Source: Octopus bimaculoides (lineage: Eukaryota). From it: DNA of 64,000 bases. The notes beneath the pieces are model-generated. The model was not told where the DNA came from. It made no database searches and saw only the letters and a program-made list of their open reading frames with translations. The translations under genes and the position numbers were made by a program. The stretch covers positions 13,323,353 to 13,387,352 of the forward strand of contig NC_068988.1 of NCBI RefSeq assembly GCF_001194135.2, in the 5' to 3' direction. Of the stretch, positions 49,901 through 60,700 are shown one piece after another (positions within the stretch are counted from its first letter, which is position 1; the number at the start of each line of letters is the position of its first letter).

Positions 49901-52900
49901 CAGATCAGATTAGAATCTGATGCAGCCTTCTGGCTTGCAAACCGTCCAACCCATGCCAGCATGGAAGGCAGACATCTGATGATGATGATGTCTGCCCAGA
50001 AATAAGATATATTCTTGTATTATAACAAGCATGCTTCAGAACACTGAACCACATGTCAAAATGAAGCTGTCATTTATCTCTCATCACGACTGCAGATGTT
50101 GCTGGAAACAAAGAAAAGGCTCTTTTCCTGGTGAGCTTAATGCTCATCCCTCTATGCCATAGAGTCTATGGCATAGATAAAGATGTACCCCATAGAGTCT
50201 ATGGGGTACATCTTTATCCATTAATAATCTTTCTAAGTACATTTATAGTAGACCCATTTGTCTCTTTCTCTATACACAAATAAACACTTTCTAACCAATT
50301 AAAAAGAAAAGAAAAAAACAACAAAATGTTAAACAAAAAGTAAAAAAAATGTGTGAAATAAATAGAAGAGATAGAAGGGAAAGATAACAATAAAGACAAG
50401 AAAACAACTGAAGTGTTAAGTGATAAGCAAGAAAGATATTGAAAAGAAAAGAAAAAAAGAGTAAAATTAAAACAGAAATTAAATATTTCAATTAAGTGCT
50501 AAAAATTAATTCTGTGAGCGTTGAATTGTGTGGAAATTAATGTGAATTATTTAGATATTTACCATCCATTACTGGCACAACTATCAATGCTCTGTCAATG
50601 AATACTGTATTGGTTAAATGAAGGGCTACACCAACACTGCTTGGGTCTTCGAACTTCACGTAACATACTCGAGCTGATACTTGGGAGTCAGATTCACTGA
50701 AAGTACAAAACAGATACAAGTAAATATGCCAGTATCAAGACAAAGGACATAGAGCTAATAGAAAAATAGCCAATACATACACAAAGATAGAAAATAAAAA
50801 ACAGTAATTGCATTTAGTTGAAATACTTAGATTATAAGAGCAGATTTCAGACATTCACTTTTAAAAGCAATTACTAAACTAAAATAGCATTAATTTGGAA
50901 GAAGATTAAATAATTAAGAGAAAATGTTTGTTACACAACAGATTGGTGACAAGTCATTACCAGCTTATTTTAGTAGTTAATTAGTCAAGCACCAATGCAT
51001 GAAGCTCACAAAAACTCTTATTAGTGTAATATACTAATTGATATTGTATCAGTATCGAGCAGGAGCTGAACTGTATTATAAGCAGTATAGCACTGTTGAA
51101 AATTGGGTCTTTTGAATTACTTGTGTTAATAATGTTTTATTTACTCCTAAAGGACTTTCTTTAAATAGTTAGATCTTACAGAGAATGGTAGATTATAGTT
51201 AATGAATGTGATAGCAGTCAGTAAATAAAATATAATAATAGCTTCATGCCAGCTAATTAATTAGAAAGTTAATTAAAAATTTATTGAAGGTCTTAAAGAT
51301 GAACTGATGTATTTTTCTCAAATCATAAGAGACTTGACAAATTCATTTTATGAACTTCACTCAGAGTTTGAGCAAATGCCATTTGCTGGCTCTAATATCT
51401 AGGATATTGTTTGGAATTATGATTTGTGGCAGCAGAAATGAACTGGTGTAGATATTAGTCAACCACCACAAAGCTCTATCCTTGTTGCAGTATAGTGGCT
51501 TGTGTGTCTCAATAACCCTCACAGCTATGACAATGGACAGCAAGTTCTTGGTAGGGCCTCTCATACTGGATAGGTCAGGATAGAGGCCAAACTAATATGG
51601 ACTACCTCTTCTTAGAGGTAAAAATGGGTTTGCATAGGACCAACGTCCCTTGTAAGGGAAAAAATACAGAAGCATTGATTGAAAACCAACAAGACCTTGG
51701 AGAGGAAGGCCTTCCCTCAGGGAAACATATGAACCCACAAAGGAGGCAGAAGAGAGAATGCTCCAAAATACTGATGCAGAGCTGAAAAAGCAGAGATCCA
51801 ACTGGAGTGAAGCAGAATGGACAGCCAAGAGTCAAGAACAGTAGAGTAAAGTTGTCAATGAACTATGCTTCATAGAGAGTGAAGGTAACTAAGATATTAA
51901 TGAAACTTTTGAGAATGAAGTCAGAACTATAATTCCTTGTTCACTGCTTCAGTTTCCTTATTGTCCACTTTATTGTGAGAGAGAGAGAGAGAAATAAGGC
52001 AGCACCAAAATATTAGGGAATCACAAGCCGTTAGGACAAAGGACACATTAAAAGTATTCTAGAAAAGTGTTTCAGAATGATAGTTGACTTTCTTAGATAT
52101 AGGGAAATAATTAGGAAACAGAAAAGCTAGAACATCTTCAGTAGATTCATAACAAAATTAGCTGATTATTTTTACCCCATGGGTCTTTCACTTCAGTCAT
52201 CCTAAGCTTTAATCCACACTTCAAATATCTGTGAATCATGCTGTCTCACAGTTAAGGCATATTGGATCTGTTTTGCTGTCTTTATATAATCAACAATTCT
52301 GATAGTGAAGACACAGAGGAGAATTGATTAATAAATAGCAGTCCCAATTCTAAAGAGTTTATTAGAGGGGGGTTGGCAACTTAACAGTGTGAGCTTGTTG
52401 ACATATTTAATGTTGCAGTCTTATGGCATGCAAGTAGTCAACCAAACAACAACGCACACCCCAGAGATCTATTTATCTTTTTCATGTATTATTTGACCAG
52501 TATTCAAATTATGACCATCCTGTTATCTCTTCTGGTATATAATACTTAGGATTACTTGGTCAAGTACATTTAGGCAGTTTAAGAGGAGACACCTTCATAG
52601 GCCAAGCTTTTGATGTGTATAGAGTCTGTCTTTGAGTGAACCAGATAGGCAAGACAATATTTAAGGAGTTCTGGACATGTAGTTTCAAGAGTAATATGAA
52701 CAAAGGAGATCTTCAGTTTTAGTAGTTTTATTTCCATGTAAGTAGTTTATGAGTGTTATGGCAGTCATGAAGCTGAGATTGTTGTGCAAGAGGGATTAGA
52801 AATTTCTTTGAGAAAATGCATGGCGTAGTGGTTAGGGTGTTACACCTATGATTGGAAGATCAAGGTTTCCACTCTCAAACTAGACGGTATATTGTGTTCT

Positions 52901-54703
52901 TGAGCAAAACATTTCATTCCATGTTGCTCCGGTCAACTCAGCTGCAAATGAGTTCTAGCAACAGCTAGAAAGTTAATCCTGTGATACTGCCGGTGTCCCA
53001 TTCAATTACTTATACCTCCATGAAAACTGGGTTAAGCTCTGACTTTATGAATCCTTCATGACTGATAAATCCCTTCGGGGTTATTATAATATTGTTCTTG
53101 AGAAACCAGGGATTATCTTTTTTCTAGGGGTATCAGTCATGACCTTAGTGACCTTTTCAGATATATTGTACCTTGGATTACATAATCCAGTAGGTTGCTT
53201 CTTTTTTACTAGACAGTAAGATGTTGTATGAAGGAGATTTGACTACTATTTCTAGCAGGTCAAGGACCATTTAGAGCAGCATTTTCCAACCAAGATTCCT
53301 CAAAACACTTGGGTTCCATGAGAAATACTAATAAATACATTAATTACAGGTAAAATTATTTTTGAGCAATTTTCATGTTCAATTTTATGTTTGCAATTCT
53401 ATTATTAAACATGCACAGACAAGGAAATCATATCATTTGTAAGCAGTAAAGAGACTAATGGAGAATTGTAAGGTAATTTGATCTAAATGCGGTCTCGGTT
53501 AAGACAAAATTCCTTAAGCCAATTTTTTGTGGAGTCTCGTGGATTTAGCACTGCCAAAGATAGTTTTATGGTCTGTTCAATCTCTTGGGAAGTTTATGAA
53601 AGAGAAAGAAAAAGATTAATAAAGATATACATTGATTTGTAATGTAGGGGTTGCCTGAGACATGAAATGTATTGCAAGGGTTCCCCAAAAGTAGGAAATG
53701 ATGTAGAGTCAACCTTGATGCTTTGAAGTCAATGACGCTTGGAGAGCTACAGAAACTTTTTAAATGTACTAATTGAATTGATGAGGGTTAAGTGTTAGGA
53801 TAAATCACTATAACACTAATTCAGTGATTCCCAAACGTTTTTGGGCTGCCGCCCCCTTGACACCCAGGCCACATTCCTAGCACCTCCACCCCAACTAACC
53901 ATCACAAACATAGACCTCTTTCTACAGCAAATTCAAAGCAACTGTACTTCACAAATGAAACTTAACCTAATGACCCCATTATTTTGTTGTATTCATATAA
54001 ATCACCACCCTATTTTTGCCTCACATTTCTTCAACACCCCAGGGGGGCAATACAGCCCACTTTGGGAACCACTACTCTAGTTCATCAGTGTTTCTAAGGA
54101 AGTGTTGAATTTTTTTAATTTATATCTCTAAACAATAATAATATAAATTGAAGGAAAGGTAGACTGATTAACATCATGTCTGTATTGTTTCAAACATATT
54201 TATTTAAACCACTCATAAAGTAATACTCTGCATAGTCTTCCTAGAAATATAAACAAACATATCAAACCAACTGAAAATGAATTATTTCATGACATTTAAC
54301 CCTTTAGCATTTAAACCAGCCATATCAGGCCCAAATTCTCTATCTGGTTTATGTTTAAGCTAACTAGCCTCTCACACCTACTCTAGAATACCATTCTAAA
54401 AATATGCAATCACATCATCAAAATCCTGAAGCTACAAGATAATACATGATTAATTCAAAATGATGTGAATAAATAAGCATTACATTTGACAGAGTCATCT
54501 GAATGCTAAAGGGGTATATTTCATCTCAAGTATCATACACACACACACACAATATTAATGTTTGTTTTTATGTCAAGTTATAATAAAAACAATTTAACAT
54601 TAAACTGAAGAATTACTCAATATTTCTATTTCTTTTTTTTTTGTAGAGTACATGTTTATTAAACATTTACAAGATGCGATAGTGGCTTGAGAGTTTCAGC
54701 CTG

Positions 54704-54739
<36 letters not shown>

Positions 54740-57700
54740 GTCTGGATATCAATATAAACATCATTTAAAATGAACTGAACGTAACTTCTAGGAAGCAAAA
54801 ATACAAATCCAAAAAGTAAATGCATTGCTGTATTTATTAATGAAATAAAGAGCAATTACTAAAAATTACTAAAACTTGAAAATAGGTATATTAAAAACCG
54901 TTATTAAAATCAAACTGGAAAAGAATTTGTGCTTGAAAAAAATCACTAAAAAGATTTAACTGGTGTTAACAGCTGCACTACCACAGGAGCTTCTATATAG
55001 GTTACTTGATGTACAAGAAATAGCAACCAAATCTCCCTCAAACCATATCCTACTGTTTTTAAATAAAGAGCACATGGTCTCCGAAACAGAGAAATATGGG
55101 ATGGTCACAATGAATGCATTTGACCTTAGCTCTGCTTGATCAGAATTGACTGGGGTTAAATAACAATGACAGCTGCCAGGATCACCGATGAAATGTGAGT
55201 TACTGGGGAGCTTGTATAGGGTTGCACAACCTGCTTGCATAGCAGTCAAATCTCTCCAGTATCATAATCTACTGTCTTAAAAAAGAAGGATTCAAGAGCA
55301 TGTGGTTCTATGGGACACTATACTAAAACAAAGACAAGATGATATCATCATTGTTTAATGTTCACTTTTCCAGGCTTGCATGAGTTGGACAGAACTCAGA
55401 GGCAAAATTTCTTCAGCCAAATGTTCTTCCAGTCACCAACCTTCATACATTTCCCTATAACCAGACACATTTTTCACAGAAGAGTGGAAACAAACAACAT
55501 TGTATGACAGTGATGCCCATTTACAACCATTGTATGATATCAAGACAAGGGTACACACACATACATACAAACATATACATGTGTGTGTGTGGTGGGCTTC
55601 TTTCAGTTTCCGTCTACCAAATTCACTCACAAGGCTACTGTAGAAGACATTTGCCCAAGGTGTCCTGCAGTACAATTAAACTTGAGACCACGTGTTTGAG
55701 AAGCAAGCTTCTTCCACATATAGACACACGTGTAAAAATGCCTTTTGTATGTTTGCTCAATCAGGATTGACAAGGTGCTTTAAAATATGCACAAGCAAAA
55801 TTATTTATGTTATTAATTTTCACAGATGAGGGGAAACGGAATTTAGCAAGACCCACAAAGACATGGGACAAGGTAATGAAGCATGACCACCAAATGTTGA
55901 GTCTCATTGAATGATTGAGGCCTTTGGCAATTTGCTGTGCTTGAGAAGACACACCAAGCCAAGTGAAACCACAGTCGTGACCAGTGCTGGTGATATGTAA
56001 AAGGAACCCATGCCAGTGACACATAAAAGCTCCTCCTTTTAATCATCATCATATTATGCCTCCTTCCCATCCTTCATGGGGTGGATGGGTCATCTCAGTT
56101 CTTATTCAGAATGTCTTCTGAGATAGGGTGGGAGACCACATCTTGCTTGTGTTTCATTTTGGCATAGTTTCTACTGTACAGAAAGTACTCATTTTATTAT
56201 GGACCAGCAATAGAGAACCTGCCTTGTTCCCTGCAAAACTTGAGTCCTCTCTTCTCTATGTTGTTTCTGTTCTTTCAAGGCAAACAAGGTAACAAGATTG
56301 AGAGGATGTTAGGAGAGGAAGTAAGGAAGAGAGAGTTATTTTATATGCTGGTTGTTGGTAAATAGATTGAATAAAATGTAGAATTAGCAGCATAATGGTG
56401 TTGCAATGAAGATGGATGACTACAAAGGAGAATGAGTGATGGATAGCAAAAGATAGGTGATGCTACGTGAGTAGCAGAAGAGAGGTAAAGTGATAAAGGG
56501 TGACAGTGAAAGAAACAAACACTGATAAGAGCAAAAGCCATTCTTCATTAGACATGCAGCACGGTACAGTGGATAGGGGAGAAGGACCAGTGGTAGATGT
56601 AAGGGTAATGAAGAAGAGGTTCAACAGATGGAGGTTTAACAGGAACACAATGAGTAAGAAACCTAATATACATTATAACTTACATCTCAACCACCATTTG
56701 AGCAACCATGCTTGCAACAGTGGGCAGGGCTTTCCTAAAACAGCATGTCACCACTTACCATGGGCCTTTGGGAGATTTAGTTGCTTTGTCACAAGTCTTA
56801 CTAGGGTTTCCTGTTCCATATCTTCCAACCACTTCAAATAGAACTTCTTTATACAACTGACATTCTCTATATGAATGTCTACACCAGCACAATCTTCTAT
56901 CTTGTACATTTCAGCTGATTCCTCTTATATCCAGATTTCCTCTCAGCTCATTCGAGTTCTATCCTAATGTTTTTTCTAGCTATCACATATCTTCCACAGT
57001 CAAAGCCCATGTCTCACTATCATGCAGTACTGCACTTTGTGCACACACATCAGGCAATCTATCCTTTACTCTGTTCCAGCACATACAATAGCTCTTGGAT
57101 TCTTTGTCATCGAGCCCTGGCAACTGTACTTGTGTAACACCCTATTACTGCTAATTAGGGACATCCAGGTAATAAAAGCTATCCACTACTCCTAGTGAGT
57201 CTTCTAAGTAATTGAAGAAATTTATTCTAATGTATTCTTACTGCTGACTGCTCCCATGCATCTGTCAGAGTTTACTGCCACTGTCAACTTAATATCCCAC
57301 TACACCATTTGTGCATTCATTGTTTGCACTGATTATGAAGTTTAAGAAAAGTTTTCCTTGAAACCTTTTGATTGATGTTAACTTCATAATTCCTTAAACG
57401 TGGTGAGTGAAACAGGACATCATTTGGATGACCAGTTTTCAGAATATTCAGAACAACACTCAATTAATTCACAAGGCATTTCATTCAATCATCTCAAATG
57501 CTTTCCTATATCACAATTCAACCACCCTCCATAAACAAAAAAAAAAAACACCCTAATGTTTACTCTAAGTACATCTTCCCCAACAGACATCAAGATAGTC
57601 TCCTAGTCCACCTCTATCCATGTCCATACTGTCTTCTCTACTTTCATTCATTTTACAGCTGCTAATGATGCTCCACCAGCACCTCAGAACTATTTACCAT

Positions 57701-60700
57701 ATTTGATGGCACAAAAGATGCTCGGGTATATTAGATCGGCTCAACCGTAATATTTTAAGTTTGGTACTGATTTCTACTGGTCTCTTTATTCCAAACTGCC
57801 TGGTTATGAGGGATATAAACAAACCAATACCAGTTGTCAAGTAATGAGAGACAAATACAAATGATAGGCTTCAGCACATTTTCCATTAATGAAATTCATT
57901 CATGAGGTACTAGTCAGCCTAGGACTATAGAAGAAAACTCTTGCCCAAGGTGCCACACAGTGAAACTGAACCTGAAACCATGTGGTTGAAAAGTGAACTT
58001 CTTAACCACTCAGTTGTGCCTGTACCTAATTTCCAGTCCAGAAACAAAATGACACCACTATTTTTTTGTTCACGAACATCTCAATAAGAAAATTCCATTC
58101 TCATTTACATATTCATCAATATTCCAAACATAACTAAAAACTGCCACACATCTACTGAAAAACAGAAATATAGATTTTAGTAGTTAGTGATCATTTATAA
58201 AGCTTTGATACAACTATGTAGAGTGGCTTCCATCTCAGACTGAGAAAAGGAAAACAAATTTAACATATTAAGAACACTAGAGAGATGTACAAAAGATAAT
58301 TAATGCTTGTTAAATGCTGCTTAGTAGCCAGAAATATTATAGTTAATAATATTTCTTAGCTCCTAAGAAAAATATTTTCATTTTTTAATAGATTACAAGT
58401 TCTGACAATACTGAACTATGCCTGACTAGTTTGAAAACTTGTTACATTAGAATTGAAAATCATCATCATTTAACATTTTTTTTTCCATGCTGGCATTGGT
58501 TGGATGGTTCAACAAGAGTTGGCGAGCTAAGGAACTGCACCAAGCTCTAATGTCTGCTTTGACATGGTTTCTACAGCTGAATGCTTTTCCTAATATCAAT
58601 CAGTAACTTTTATCTCAGTAGTTTTATTCAAAAGGACATTGACTGAGCTTTAATGTGTTGTTTTTCTTTTCCAAACTACTTACAAAAGTCATTAACCCTT
58701 TAGCATTTAATCTGGTCATATCAGGCCCAAATTTTCAGCCCATTTTATGTGCAAACTGACCAGATCCAGCCTATCAGACCTACCCTACAATGTCATTTTA
58801 AAAATACACAATCACATCATTGAAATCTTGAAGCTATGAGATAATGCATGATTAATTCAGAACAAATAAGTATTACATCTGACAATAGTCTGAATGCTAA
58901 AGGGTTAATAAATGGTTTTTGACAGTGGGCTGAGTAAGTTGTTTTCCTATGTTAAGAAATGAAAATTGAGCATAATCAGCTAAAAACAAATGAGAAACAA
59001 CTAACATTTCATCTCTTCCTAAAATAGTGGTTTCATGATCCCATACAAATGCTGAAGATCCAACCAACATGTGCCAACATGGAATCATAAAAATAATGTA
59101 AAAATAAGAATGAAACTCAACTTTTAACAAACATTTGAATATTAAACAAAACTTTTGAATTACTTTAAGTTAAAACTGTATCAAAGAAGTATATCAGTCA
59201 CCAGACAATTGGCTTTAAGAAAAAAAAAAAAAAAAGCATCCTCCCTTTTTGTCTCAAATTAATTTATTCCCTTTAAACCATAATAAAGTAAAATAGAAGC
59301 ATAACAAGACTGAGGCAAAGACAAAGATAACTGCACAAACTAAAATACTCTGAATATTTCATAAATAATGAACTTAGAACAACAGTTAAGCCAGGTAAGA
59401 TAGACTGCCATCAAGATCAGTCCGTCAAAAAAAAAGAAAGAAAAATGCAAACGATTAATTAAAAATAATTGAAAGTAGCAAAGCTAATGAAATCAAATAA
59501 CTAGAACAAACATTTTAAAACATGCTTAAAGGATCAGAATTTTGTACAAAACTCATACAATATATGAATGCTTTAACAAACCACATGTCAAGTGAAAGAG
59601 AGAAAAAAAACGGAGATAACTATTTTTAAAGCTACATGAAAATATTGTAAAAAAATATGGAGTTGTCGTTAATTTTATATCAAAGAAATCATATCACTAA
59701 GAAATACTAATTTGTATATAATCTCACTCATTAAATATTCTTGACCTCTTTCTCACTACTATCTATCCATTGTGTCAGCTTATCTTAAGATTTTTTCATA
59801 CCTATATAAAAATTATACAGAAATACAAGTTAGTTGATTGCTCAAGTGTCTAATTTTGTACCAAATACACCCACCTTTCTCTGCCAAACGAATCTAAGCT
59901 AGCTACATAAGCAGTGAGAGACAATCCTTATAAATATGCTTTTTCATATTTCCATTTCAGTGGCATAGCACACAATTTGGCTGCTCTATACTTTAAAAAT
60001 ATGTAATGCTTTATTTATCCATATTGTTTTGAATTAACCATGCATTATCTCATAGTTTTGAGGTTTCAATGATGTGATTGTTTATTTTTAGAGCGTCAAT
60101 GAGGGTATGTGTGAGGCGCTAGATATGGCTAGTTTGAATGTAAAGCAGGTAGAATATCTGGGCCAGATATGGCCAGTTTAAATGCTAAAGGGTTAATAAA
60201 CAGATGTATATAATGGCCACACTGTTATGGTCCATACACAACCACTGTTCTTTTTTCCCCAAAGCTTGTAAACAAGAAAACCTAAGTGGTTAACAAAAAC
60301 ATTACACTGGTATCTAAAAATTACAGAAAAATTCTCGTCATTATCAATTGTTAGACATTTTGTCTGTAATCTAAAATTATACAAGATAAACATTCAAAGA
60401 ACAAAAGATGCCTTTGTGCAATATATGACAACTATTATTGTAGTTAAGAAGCTTTGCAACTATGTGGTTTCTGGTTTAGTCCTATTGTGCAGTGCCCTGA
60501 GCAAGTGTCTTCTATAGCCTGAGGTCAACCAAGGACCTCTGAGTCAAATTTGGCAGACGGAAATTATGTGGGAGCATGTTGTAAGGACCATTCCTGTTCT
60601 AAAGTGGCAAACTTTAAACTGTTACCTGATCTATCTCCACCACATAATCCTTGGGAGCCTCCAGGAATCCATTCTATTGCAAATATTCTGACAAGATTTC

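Noticed and set aside
54956-55249. 97-aa ORF or possible poison exon in SR gene intron 1
   Set aside because: It contains the dispersed repeat GAGGGAGATTTGG.TGCTATTTC also seen at about 2965, 19030 and 53230, and has no protein motif or convincing donor.
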